The notes beneath the pieces are model-generated. The model saw nothing but the letters and a program-made list of their open reading frames with translations, searched no databases and was not told the DNA's origin. Source: Welwitschia mirabilis (Eukaryota). Taken from it: 60,890 nucleotides of DNA. A program made the translations under genes and the position numbers. Positions 12,483-25,165 of this stretch are shown here, one piece after another. Each line of letters opens with the position of its first letter. The stretch's first letter is position 1. Where the stretch lies: assembly GCA_051453625.1 (NCBI GenBank), contig JBOZIK010000001.1, forward strand, positions 47,220,636 through 47,281,525, written 5' to 3'.

Positions 12483-12548
12483 GTAAATTATCTTTATGAG
12501 TATAGCCTTGAAATTTTGGATGATCCAGCAACACAAGCACTGCTTGAG
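12483..12548 (+). CDS. Coding exon of the same gene (VNYLYEYSLEILDDPATQALLE)
   Basis: Acceptor cattttcAG, donor GTgcat, 66 nt in phase 0, in frame with both neighbours. Confidence 0.88.
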
Positions 12549-12680
12549 GTGCATAATCCATACTAAATTTGGGTGTAATGTCAGAACATGAGGCTTTATC
12601 ATATTTGAAAATATTTACTTCTTTAAACAGCTGGCATGGATAACAAAGATAAAGAAAAGTTGTATCAATCTTTTTCACAG

Positions 12681-12760
12681 GTTGGTTTATTATATCAACA
12701 GCGGGATCCACAATTTCTTCGGCCTCTTACTCGTGCAATTGAAAGATGTCTAGTTAGATG
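12681..12760 (+). CDS. Coding exon of the same gene (VGLLYQQRDPQFLRPLTRAIERCLVR, split W codon)
   Basis: Acceptor tttttcacAG, donor GTaagt, 80 nt ending in TG; the codon is completed by G at 12910. Confidence 0.92.
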
Positions 12761-12909
12761 GTAAGTAAGTCTTATTTGTGACATGTACCACACACACATG
12801 AAGCAATGATTGTACCACATACTGAGTTTCTGTGTTGTTATTGTATCCTATTCTATAACATTTCTGCCGCTGTGTGTTTGGGTTTCTTACTACTAAACTT
12901 GGAATACAG

Positions 12910-13021
12910 GCTTGTCCAAGAGAAGCTGCGACTTAGTTTAGTGGAGTCCATTCAGTTTCTGTGGCATCGGGTCATGAGGGGCCGAAGTTATCGTCATTTA
13001 GTGGAAGGAACAGGACTTTGA
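12910..13021 (+). CDS. Terminal coding exon of the same gene (LVQEKLRLSLVESIQFLWHRVMRGRSYRHLVEGTGL*)
   Basis: Acceptor aatacAG, phase-2 junction forms TGG, stop TGA at 13019-13021, AATAAA at 13071. Confidence 0.92.
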
Positions 13022-13879
13022 GTGGAAATCTTTCTATGAAGGGGTTCAAACAACATTTATTGTTTTAGCTAATAAAACACAATTTTTTGAATCAGTCTTG
13101 AAATGTAGTGGAAGCTGATTCTTTGAGATCCATTCCGATGTGGAAGGACTCTGTCAAGAGCTTTAACATGCTGTCTATTAATTTGTTTCAGACAGCCTTC
13201 TATGTATAGTGTCCTCCTTTTTAGTTTCAAATTTTCTTATTCATGTTCAAAAAGCTGTGTGATCATGTTTTTGGTGAACATATGGTCCAAATATGGAATG
13301 AGAATACTATAGTTATTTAAGGGACCTCTGTGATGATACAAGGATTGATTTTTGATTTTTTTAAGGTGTATAAAATGATGTTGTAGTTTTGTGGGGTCAT
13401 CAGAAAATGGATTCCGTCTTATTTCACAAATATTGTTTATGAATAGTGCATCATGGAACTATTCTGTGTAATATCGAAGTATTCCATAGTTCATATCTCA
13501 ATATTTGATTTGCTTGTTCATGCCTTCATACTAATTAAACGGTTTGAGAATTTGTTTTATTACATTATAAGGGATTTTTTTATCTCTCTCACTGAAGATA
13601 CTGTGTTCAATTTACAAGATATGGTGTTCAATTTAATCCAGTTTAAAGGCTCTTTTATTTTTGAAACAAGGATGTTGCACTCTACTAATTGTTATAAATG
13701 GTCAGCATTTAAATGAAATAATCATTACAAAAATGGGGGAAGGATTGATGAGCAAAAGTGCCCTCACAGCAAAAGTGCCCTCACAGTAAAACAAAGAGAT
13801 CAACAAAATCCAACGTCTAAATCCCATCATAGTTTCCCAAAATGATCCTCATGGTGCTAGAAAGTTTTGCTACCCATGC

Positions 13880-14879
13880 TAGTATCATTTAGGATTTAAG
13901 TTATTTAGCACATTTATTGTTTTTATTTGGGTGTGGATTGATTGCAATCTACTTAAAAATGTTGCTAGTAATGTAGGGCTGACATGGTGATTAAGCTCAA
14001 GGATCTTACAGAGGCATTTTCTCAATGTAGTAATAGTATTCAGGATCATTCCTATGTTAGTTTCTGTTAGCATAAGTTGATTAAAAGTTCATAAATAATG
14101 CTAATTTAGAGTTCCTACTACATGCAGAGGATCGACTGATTATTTTAAAGGACAACTGGGCAAGTTTCAAGTGCAGATTCAAGATTTTCATAACAAAGGG
14201 TCATTCAGACTTTTAGTGGTTCTTTGGGGATTGGCCAACCCAATTTGAGGTAGATTAACAGGAGGGAGGTGGACTGACCTATATAGGAGTCAACTAACCT
14301 CAGAGATTTAGTAGTGCTTGATCAAACTTCTAAGTAGTGAATGAAAGTTGTAATTGCAGTGTGGGGATTTGAACATTCTAATTTCTGTTTTCAAGTTTTA
14401 ATTCAAATTGGAAGTTCCTATTTTCACTTTTGTGTATCCTATTTTACTTGCTCTTCTCTGATAATCATTTCCCTTCAAGATTTTTACAAAATGAAAAGTC
14501 TCTCTTTGTAATAACTTTTAGCTCTTACATTGTATACTCCTTGTGCTAAGACCAGTGTATTGGAGGATTTGAGTGCTTGAAGGTACATTCTACCCTTGCT
14601 TTTAGATGTCTCTTTGTTGTGGAATTTGAGAAGGATTTGGCATCTTCGTGTAAGGTTTGTGGTGAGTTGGAAACCATATTTCCTGGGAAAGAGGATTACC
14701 AGAAGTAGGGACTTGAGGAGCTTTGATGTTGTGCCTTACGAGGGAATGATAGATATCAAAAACGAGGCATATGTACATGGACAATATCTGAGAGGTGGGG
14801 GTCTCAGCTTGGCCACACATTCTTCCAAGAGTAAAAATCTCAGTTTGATGGCATTAATCAAGAGCTGGCCAACCTAACA
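13880..14879 (+). mobile_element. Possible copia RNaseH 3' remnant followed by an LTR (~14055-14879)
   Basis: Weak YH..FI.W..ADMV.K-like motif at 13885-14000. TGTTAG (14055)...CCTAACA (14879) termini. No TSD. Confidence 0.35.
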
Positions 14880-15260
14880 GAGAAAATGAAATGTTCTTAC
14901 AGTCATGATATTAAGGTAGAAACCTACCTTTGGGGAGCAAGAGGAAGAATTTTCCTTTTTCACTCCACTCTGTAAGCCCTTTCCTGTAGTTTCCCTTTCT
15001 TATGCTATCTTTTCATCCCATTCATAGTGTAACTGGTGAGCTCTATATTGTAAATACTAGTTTTTCTATTTTTTTTAAGTTTTGTAAAAACATGACTCAC
15101 GTTAATGAAATATCATGTTCCTTTTCTTGTGACTTAATTTTTGCCCTCTTATTCTATGGGTCTCATTCATTTATAACTGGTCTATCTTACCCATGGCCTA
15201 CTAAGAGTCTGGTAGGGGGCTATAATAGATATCAAAGAAAAAAACTATAAAAGGTGCTAA

Positions 15261-16061
15261 TGATGGAAAATCTAAGTATGTATAAGTCTTTGTGGGAATT
15301 TGACAAAGGATCAAACATAATCAAATTCAAAATCACAAGAAATTAGGCATCTTTCAGAAGCGTTTGTGCTTCTAGTCACCTACCAATGCAAGTAGCGATA
15401 GATTTCTAAACAAGACCATCATCCAAGGATGCCTTTTTATGTGAGTTCTCACATTCCATCGCCTAGTAATGATCTAGTAATCATAGAATTCCATTGAAAG
15501 TGTCACCATATAGCGTTTCCGAGCGATAGTATTTGCCATTGCCTAGCAATAGTACCTAGCGACACCTTCTTTTGTGTTTCACTTAAAATGTTAGTACTTG
15601 CAGTTCCTTAGCATAGTGAAAGTAGAGGTTTTGTAACCAACTTGTTTAACTTTCCATCTAACCTCCACTTAGCTTTAAAGATATTTAAATAAGGGGCTTA
15701 TCCTTGCAAAGGTATGCTTCCCATTGCTAGAATGATGCAACATAGGTAGTGGTGTTGACGAAGCAATTAGGAGAAACTTTGAACTAGGTCCCTTGCATCA
15801 TCTTGTCAGACCTTTTTATCCAAGCCTTTACATTAAGCTATGATAATGTTTGACTTCATAAAGATTTATGTATCAATGTGCATTGTAGATTATTGTTAGT
15901 ATTGATGTGAAGTCAAAAGTCAACTGATTCATATCATGACTTGCATTGTTGTTTCTTTTCATTAGTAATCTAACTTATTATGAAATGCATTGATTATGAT
16001 ATGCGAGATTGCTAATCGATGTGAAATGAGTGCTTAAACAAGTTGCATAATAGTTCCATCA
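15261..16061 (+). mobile_element. Solo LTR (same family as 3718-4643)
   Basis: 8-bp terminal inverted repeat TGATGGAA...TTCCATCA, TATA-like atttaaataagggg near 15685, homology to the reverse complement of 3718-4643. TSD degenerate. Confidence 0.8.
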
Positions 16062-16699
16062 ATAAAATAGGTGTGTCAAGCCACTATAAAGTTTTTTGTG
16101 TTGTTTCTAACTTTTTTCCTAGCATATTATTTGAATTTGATGCATGATGATGAATTAGTTAGTTTAATAGTTTAGGGTTCTAATCCAAGCTCATATTTCA
16201 TATCAGAGTAAAGCATTTCCTTCCAATTTTTATTTTGCAGAAATTCAACCCTAGCCATGGTTTTATCAAATTAACGAAAAGGTCAAATCCACTTTGTTAG
16301 CCAAGTTGATATTAGCTAAACTAATTAATGAATAGTTAAAAGAGAAATATTGAACAAAAATTGCAAAACTTTATTAGTTAAGTAAAAATACATTTGTAAC
16401 AAGAAACATGATTCAAAAAAACTTGCTGTGGCTTCTGTGGGGAAGAGGTGGGAGTCCAAGTGGACATGCCCACATCACAGGAAGTTCCATAGTTATTAAT
16501 ATTGCATCAAAGTGAATAGAAGACCAGATCGATTTGAGGAAGATCACCACCTCTGTAGCCAACATTAACTCATTTACATTGTTATTTCTATCTTGACAAC
16601 ACTTTACATTAATTTGACCTTGGTTTTCAAATCATAAAGACCAAGATGCATATACACACATATGCACATAGACACATATGCACATAGACACATGGACAA

Positions 16700-18460
16700 T
16701 TAATTATTAAGACAATTGGAGCCCTTGGCAAAGAATTACAACTTATACATCAAATTGATCAAGTGGTCCTAATTGTCAAGTAGCTAATTATGCAGAAGAA
16801 AATTTTGTAAAGGGATGTGCTACTCAAAGTCAATTAATCTTTGAGTTGTTTAGACTTTATTCATCCAAGAGGCTTGATCAAAATATCTACAACTTGCTCT
16901 AAAGTTGAAACATCCTTAATTTTAATCATTCCATGTTGAACAAGTTTGCATATCATGTAACATTTATTTGAATGTACTTTGTGTGATTGTGAAACACTAG
17001 AATTTTTTCCATGTGATAACTAATTGATTCTTCACGTATAGCTTTTTGGATTGTTTTTGAGTCCGATTGAAATTTTCCCTAACTTTTGCATCAATAAGAC
17101 CTCTTTTCTTGCTTCTAAAGTAGCTATTTCTTTTGCTTCTATAGATGAAATTTGTCATTTGTCCTTTGTGACTTGGATCTCCATGAGGTGGGGAAGAGCC
17201 AAAAAAATGTTTAGTTAAACTATTATTGATCTCTTGCTATCCTAATGTTCATCAAAACCCAAATTTAAAAATGCATATAGGTTGAATATATCATTTAGTT
17301 CTGTTGTAAAGTAAGATTTTGTACCTTGTTCTTTCTATGTAAAATCTCATATTGCCAAGTAATACTAACTTTGCTTGGGATTTTCCATGTCCCTTTCTAG
17401 TATTCTGGCTGCATCTTATATACCAAGTTGATTATCTGTGACATTTATAAGATCTCCAACTAATATGTGGTAGAGAGTTTCATTAGCATATGGAGAGTTC
17501 TCATCTGTAGTCAGCTTACAATTTTGCTGCATTATAGTTGTGGTTGGTTTTACATCATTTGTTCCAAATTATTCTAACCTATCATTAATGTACTTCATTT
17601 CAGATAATGAAATTCTTCCTTTTTCTGTAAGTTACTTGCATACTGTCTATCTTATTAATCCAAGATTAGGGATATCAAATCACTTGACCAGATTTTTCTT
17701 TGCATTCAAAATACTCTCTTCATAATTCCCAAGTATTAGAATATTACCAATGAATGCGTTGATATACGTGCTCCTATCCTTTGAATGTTTCATAAATAAA
17801 GTAGCATCTATACCTTAGGAGTCACACGTTTCAAATCCTAATTTTATTAAGCCTTTTTTTAGTTTAATGTACCAAACGTATGGTGCCTACTTTTAGCGAA
17901 ACATAGAGTTCTTGAAGTTGCAGACAATGTGCTCTATACCTTTCAACTCCAAACATTTTGGGAAAGCCATAAAATTCTCCTCTATCAGATCCTTATTTAC
18001 AAACCCCATCTTGACATCAAGGTTATGTATCTTCCATCCTCTTTAAGCTACCAAAGCAGTTAAAGTCAAAATGGTCTTCCACTTGGTTGTTGTTGCAAAG
18101 ATTTTCATGTGGTCAAGACCTAGCTTTTGTGTAAAACCTCTTGCTACTAATTCCCTTATGCACTCATCAAGTGTTGCATCTAATCTAGATTGATTTCTCA
18201 ACATTCACTTGTTCCCTCTCACTTTCTTGCCTAGAGATAACTCTGCTAGTTCTCATGGACGTCATGTATGACCAATTTAGATGTTCATTTGGCTGTTTGA
18301 AGTCAGTTGGGTTTTTCATCACAAGTAAGGTAAAGTTTAGTAGGATTCTTTGTATCTAATTACTCAACTATTGTAGCTAAGAGGGCTAGATCTAATTCAT
18401 GAAGTCTTTTCAAACTAAAACCAACTTTGTCCCATGTTGTACATAGTATCCCAATTTCCT
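16700..18460 (-). mobile_element. Decayed Ty1/copia RT-RNaseH fragment
   Basis: Minus-strand motifs LVARG (~18140), LDVKMGF (~18010), LYGLKQAP-like (~17890), SSIEA (~17140), VFHNHTKYIQI (~16990). Confidence 0.8.
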
Positions 18461-18479
18461 GAATGAATACACTTCTGAC

Positions 18480-20330
18480 TCTAAGAAGTTTCTGTAAAAA
18501 AATTCTTTCTAGCTTTTTCATGTTCTTTACAACTTATTTCAAAGTCCAGAGATAGGACATTAAGTAAATTGGTAAGGATTGAAAACAACTTCCAATGAGT
18601 TGAGCTATTCCTCCTAAAGAAAAAAAATTACCTTTCCATCTTACTAATAATTTTGCCCTCTTAGAAAGAATGTTGCTTTATAATTCCTTCTTCAATCTTC
18701 CTTCAAAAATAGAAATACCTAAGTACTTGATAGGTAAGTTATCAGTTTCACAATTCAAAAGTCTTTGCATTTCATAAACATACATCTAGTGCATATTAAA
18801 AGCATAAGCCACACTTTTTTGAAGATTAATATTTAAACTAAAAGTCTCTAGAAAGATTTGCAAATCCTCTTGAACACTTTCAAAAAACGTTTTGTTTCCT
18901 TCGTACGAAATATAAAAGTATCATCCACATATTCAATTTGAGTTAAATTAGAAAAACCTTTTATAGCTTTAATGCCTATGAAAGAGTTTACTATATGGGC
19001 CTTATCAATCACTATTCCTAAAACTTTGGCAAGAAAAGGAAAAAGAAATAGTGATAATCTATCTCATTATCAAATATCATTTTTATTTTTAAAATATCCA
19101 TGCAAATTACCTTTTAATATGACAAGAAGATACAAAGAGGTGTAACAAAATTTTAATAACTTTTGCCATTGTTCCAAAAACCAAAATTTTTAACTTTTGC
19201 TTCAAGAAAATATCAATTCATTCTATCATACACATTGCATATATCTAATTTGAATACCATATTAGGTCTTTTTCTTTACTGGCAGATGGGAACTTTTTGT
19301 AAACCTAGATTACTGGATGTATAATACGTTTTTCCTTTACAAGTCGTTCTTGTGAATCTAAAATCAAAGTTGAAAGAACAAATTTTTAATCTTTTTAAAT
19401 GAACTTTTAACATTATTTTATAAATAACATTATATAAGATTATCACTCTAAACTCTTTAACATATTATCATCTTCTACTTTCTTTGGAATTAAAGTTATA
19501 AGAGTAGAAGAAAAAGTCTTTCGAATTTATTCCAAATTCCAAAACTCTAGAAAGGTAGCTAAAATATCATCCTTGAAAATCTTCGATAGTGTTGTGAAAA
19601 GTTAGCAAGAAAGTGAAGTGGAGTTGGAGATCTATTAGGATTCAATTTAAATAAAGCTTCCTTGATTTCTTTCATAGTAATTTCATTTTCAAAAAACCAT
19701 AATTCAACATCTTCAAAATGTCTATGTTTAGGAAAAATAACTTATGAATGTTATCCATATTGATTCGTTTGGGGTTTGCTAACAGATTCTTGTAATATTC
19801 TACAATGATTTTCCCTATAATATTAGTATCATAAGCATGTTAGTGTTCTTCATTTTTAAGGTAAGGAATCATACTAAAGTCTTTTTTTTAAGTTAATTTG
19901 TAGCATAGATATAATAAATGTAAAATTTGTATCAATGACAACTTACCCTAGTGGTAAGGTCACAGAGATAGCAATCAAGTGGTTTAGAGTTCAAGCCTCC
20001 ACATTGGTGGTGAGCACAAAATTTAAATTAATGTAAAATTTACATCACCTTATTTGATGTAAAATTTACATCGCCTTATTTGATCCACTAAATTTTTGCC
20101 CTTTGAAACTAATAAGACACTCCAATTTTTGTAAAAGGTAGGTATTCCAAGCCAATTTTCTTTCGTTGTTATCTAAATCATTCATCCACTTGTCCTTCTA
20201 AATCTCTTTTTTAAGCTATTCAATTTGATGAAACATATCAATCTTTTGGTTTTTCCAATTTAATATACGAGATATATATTAGGATTTTATCTCTTCCTTT
20301 ATATTAATTTTTTTCCTTGACAAATGGTCA
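18480..20330 (-). mobile_element. Decayed L1-clade LINE ORF2 fragment
   Basis: Minus strand WIK.GDVNFT (~20080), PNRSP (~19635, KAPGPDG position), RVIILYNVI (~19440, RPISLCN position), KLDI (~19250), IEYVDD (~18925), LPIKYLG (~18725). Confidence 0.8.
19935..20029 (+). mobile_element. Very short tRNA-derived SINE (or retroposed tRNA pseudogene) inserted in the L1
   Basis: A-box-like TACCCTAGTGGTAAGG (19944), B-box-like GAGTTCAAGCC (19987-19997), AT-rich tail. ~18-bp TSD aatgtaaaatttgtatca (19917-19934) / aatgtaaaatttacatca (20030-20047). Confidence 0.75.
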
Positions 20331-20394
20331 TGTAGATATTATTGCAAAAGAAACTGTACAACACAAACAAAAGTTTTTAGTTAGTAGGCTACCG

Positions 20395-22897
20395 TTGTGA
20401 CAAGGGGTGAAACACCTATTATTAAATCCTAAAATTTGCAGGCCATACCATTATTGAGTTCTTGAAACAATGTAGTGAGGTGCAGGACTAGACTAAAAGA
20501 AAAACAAAAAACTTTGGGTCAATGGCCCCTCCTAAGAAACAACTGCTATTTTAAAAACAGAACAAAGTAAAACAAATTAATGGATCCTTCTAGCATACTT
20601 ATCAATCAATTCGCTAAAGAATCTCTGATTGTAGGCTCTCGGGGTGTCTATATCAATGAGAATATTTTTGGCATTTTTTTTTCATGCCATTTTTATAGCT
20701 ACATCTACTGCTCTGTCTGGATTCTTGTCTAGATGCCATCTTGACATTAATCTTCTATGGGATGTGATAATACCTTGTCTTGAAGCCTGTGAATGTACTC
20801 CCAAAATTTCATAATAGTCAATCCATTTAGTGAACTAGACAATCGTGTCATACCCTACTTCCTCTGCTTTCCATTCTTCGTACATTTCGAAATGCTTGAG
20901 TGACTGCTTCCACTTGGCTTGAGCTAGTTATTCGTCCTCTCGTTCCTGTTGTGCATGGTTATGCTAGTCACTAGCTTTTTGTGTAGCTTCTTTAGCTAAT
21001 AACAATGGCTTCTGATTGATCGAGCTCAGTAGGACTCTTTACACTTTTCTTCTTAACTTCCATATCTTGTTGCTCTTCTTCTAGATTTAGGTGCTCGTGT
21101 TGTTTTTTCACTTCTACACCTTCGTTTTGCTAGCCCTCTCGAGAGTACCCTCATGCTTCGCATACTTCTATGAAGTGATTCCTATGTCTACTTTGTCTTT
21201 GGTACTTGTATTACTCTCCCCTGCATTGCTCTCTCTCCTTTTACAAGCCTATTCTCTACCTTCCATTGCTTCTCCTTTAAGGAAATCCTTTAGTTTGTAG
21301 ATCAGGTCGAAGTGCTTACCAACTATTTTCCCTTTGAGTTGTTCTATGAAGAATGGTAGCATATTAACTCTTCTCCCTTCTCGTATTACTAGTATAAAAT
21401 TGAAGTATAAGCCTTTAATCTTTGAATGGTTTCCATCTTAAATGATAAAACAATCTATGAATTCAACAACTAAACCCCATGGCTACTTTAGGTCCATTTT
21501 GTGGATATGTTACTTTACGTTTCTAGGTAAAGAAGATAATACTTGCTTTCTTCTCCCAGACCCATTACTTGAGCTATCAACTAAGGAGTTACTGAGATTC
21601 GATGCCTATCTAAGATCAATTTCCCTTACACTATTGACTTTGCTAAATTAAAGCTGGAGTTTCATTTGAACTCTAATAAGAGAACCCAATTCATTCACTT
21701 AATATGCTCTCATAACTTTATATTACTCTAAAATTTTACGTTATCCCTTGGCTTAAACTGAGGGTGCTTGCCAAATTTCCTAAAAAATCAGAGGTCTTCA
21801 ATATTTCATCTAATTGCTGTAGTGGTTTCTACCACACTCAGTGCTTGTGACATGAAAATGTGACTCTTCCACACATGCTAAATAAACCACAAAATAACTT
21901 CATAGTAGTCATTATCATTCTTTCCTTAGGAATAACATGGGTAGTGGTTCATAATTTTCACTAACTTTTACTTGATTCAAGTACAAAAATTAAGAAAATA
22001 AAAGAAGGTAAGAAAAGGGAGTTGACGAGTATTTATTTGAAACTTGATTGGATAAAGGAGTGAAGCAAGTTGACTCCAACATGCCACTAATTCATTCTCA
22101 AGCAATCCTTCACTCCAGGGTTGTCTAATGCTTTCCTATAACACATGTAAAACCATCAAGTGTTTTGGCTCAGATCTTAGTGACATAATCTCTGTTACCA
22201 TATGAGTGATGGTGAACTCAATTGTCACTTGATCTTCCATGCCTTAAAGTAATAATGGAAATTAAGGACTTTAGTACTTAAAACCCATAAAATTAAGAGA
22301 CTTAAAGTATTAAAAGAGCTCACTCAAATGATAAGAAGTCTTAATGGTTAATTTACTTCTTAAACATTTCAATATTAAATGAATCATGATTTGAAATAAA
22401 AGACAAACAACTTATGTATTAAAGAAAGAATACTTTACAAAAAGGGAAGAAGGATGCTGAAGAACTCCTCAAGTGATCCTGAAGACTAGCTTACTACCCA
22501 AAGAGTTGTTTAGAAAGCCATTGTGATGGATGCTCCAAGGTTCTATAATTCTCCCAAGCCAAAGATGATACAATGAAGGTTCAAGGCCCTTTTAAAGGGA
22601 AGATGAGGGTGAGGGGTGATTTCAAGCTCTTGGTTTGTAGCATTAGGTGGATAGTTACATAATCATAACATTAGATAGGGTTGTTTGTCATATTTTCCAT
22701 TTGGTAAAGATTATTATGACGACGTTAACACTTGGCTCCTAGATGCTGTAGCTGCTATAAACCTTTATCATAGCAACGTGTCTCCATCATCATCCTACCC
22801 AGCGTTACTAAATGTCACTCTGAAAGTTCTTATCACCACGTGTCATCAAGGATGCAAATTAATTTTTATGTAGAATTAAATTGAGTCCATAACTACA
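20395..22897 (-). mobile_element. Decayed gypsy-like (Tat/Ogre-like?) remnant: LTR-like end plus a broken non-gag/pol ORF
   Basis: LTR-like segment starting TGTAGTTATGGACTC on the minus strand at 22897. Broken minus ORF ~21950-20580 (GLYFNFILVIREGRRVNMLPFFIEQL, charged coiled-coil-like tail). PPT-like TTAGGAGGGGCCA near 20525. Confidence 0.4.
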
Positions 22898-25165
22898 TCT
22901 AGTTTAGTCCTATATGAGAAGCCAAAAATGTGAGTTTGAAGGAATTTGAGGTGGAAAGACTGACAGTGTCAGTGGTTCTAGATGGCGACACCAGTGTATT
23001 AGCTTTAATGATCTTCATTTTAAACGACGCCCTTCAATTTGGCATAATTAACCTAAAAATGTCATGGGTAATTGGATAAGTTCATAATTATTATGAAAAT
23101 CCATAGAAGACATGTTTTCATGACAAAATTGATTATATTAATTTTTTTCATTGAGATTAATTGGTCATTTAACTTGATCATATTGTCAATTTTTACATGT
23201 TAACATGTCATGTTTCGAAAGAAGGATTCTATCTGAGGCAACCACCATGTCAATAAACGTCCATACTGCAGTCATGAACACATATTTCAAGAACAAAGAC
23301 CTTACTGTCTCTATTGCACCACATGCATGATAGTCTTCTGGTATGCTTAACCTACTATGCCTAAGCCTAATCACTATTAAGACTTTATTTTTGGAATCAA
23401 CCATTTTAAAATAATGTACTTATTTACTACTTCTCTCTTCAAGTGTACTTCATGCATTTATTAACTCTGTACATCTTGGTTAGGATAGCTTTAATAGAAA
23501 TCCTCCCACCATGTATCAGCCTAGTGTCTTTCTTTTTTAGGGATATTATTTATAGTTTTGAGGACTTCCTTGAGAATTGTAATTGCTGTCTTTGTTATAT
23601 GACCTTTACTCCAAATTTTATTTTCCATATTACAATAGTCTCTTAGCTTTTTAACTACTATATTACAACTTTATTTTGAAACTCCTTAACTCTAGAATTT
23701 CATTTGGGATTTTTCTATTAATGAATTTTGAGTGCCAAAAGGTAATGTCCCCTTTACTAATCAATTAGGTTAACAAGTTTTTTAGTTTTTCTCTACCTTC
23801 GTAAAGTGTCTTTCAAAAGAGAAAATCCCTCCACCTAGGTTCGCAATACTTATACTTTCTTTTCAATAGTTTCTTTCATGGCATATCTCCCCTTGTATCT
23901 ATTTTTATGATTGTTTTGGCCCTTGATAAAAGTACACGACCTCTAATGTCTTGAATCCCTCATCCTCGACCTCTATCAATTTTACTATCTCTTCCCAAGA
24001 TACTACATAGAATCTTGTCCATCTGTGATCGCCTGCCTAGATGAAGTTTTTAATCAATCAATTTAAAATTATTTTTCACCTTCTGTGAGAGTACTTCACA
24101 TGAGGCACTATATTTCACAACCACAGAAATAATTGTGTTGACTATGATAATTCTTCCTTTACTGATAAGAAGATGACATTTAATGAATTGCATCACCTTC
24201 CCATCTTTAGTAGTAGAGCCTCCCAAGACAAGATGTTCTTCCACTTAAATAAGGAACCCCTAAGTAGATGTTCTTTTCTTTCCCTTTTTCAATTTCCAAC
24301 ATTCTTTCTATACTCTGCTAAATGCTGGTCTATGTATTAAAATAGTAGATCTGCTTTTTTTTCCAACTAATCTCAAGTCTTGGTTCTTTAATGAAGGTTT
24401 TTAGATCCTATGTAATGGCCTTAATATGCTAAATGTTAGCTTTCAAAAGATGATAGAATCTTCTATGAAGCAATTCACCAAAGCTCTCATCCCATGGATA
24501 GTTAGCCCCATCCCTTTGTCTTGGTGAATGTAATCTTGCAACACATCTAGGACTAAAATGAAAATGTATGATGAGAGAGGATCCCCTTGTTGCAGACCTC
24601 TACCTGTATTAAAGTATACATGCATTTTCTTATTGATTTTTAGTATAAACTTTATTGTCCTTTGCATTTTTAGAATTAAGATAATGAATTCAGGAGTGAA
24701 TTCTTTGGTTCTCAACACATCCTCTAAGAAAATCTACAACATTGTATCATAAAATTTCTTGATATTTAACTTCAAAGCACATGCTCTTCTATTCTTCCTT
24801 ATAATAAAATTAAAGATTTCATGGTTGAAAGTGACTTATTCCAAAATATTATGATCTTTTAGAAAACTTTCTTCATTTGATCTCACTACAGATTTCAAAT
24901 GGTTCTAATTCTGCTCACTAGTTCTTTGAAAATAATCTATAGATAACTTTAAAAATTCCTATAGGATGATAGTCTTGCACTTCTTTAGCTTCAGACATTG
25001 TTGGAATCATTATGACATAGGTGTTATTATTCCAAGTATGGGGAACAGCTTCTCATCTCAGTACCTATTAAAAGCATTTATAGCCTACTATCCTATGAAT
25101 TTCTAGTATTTTCAAAAAAGCTCCATTATCCATGCATCTAGACGTAGACTTTTATTAAGCTTCAT

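Noticed and set aside
14596-14877. 93-aa ORF downstream of the gene
   Set aside because: Lies within an LTR-like segment, with no recognisable motif or splice context.
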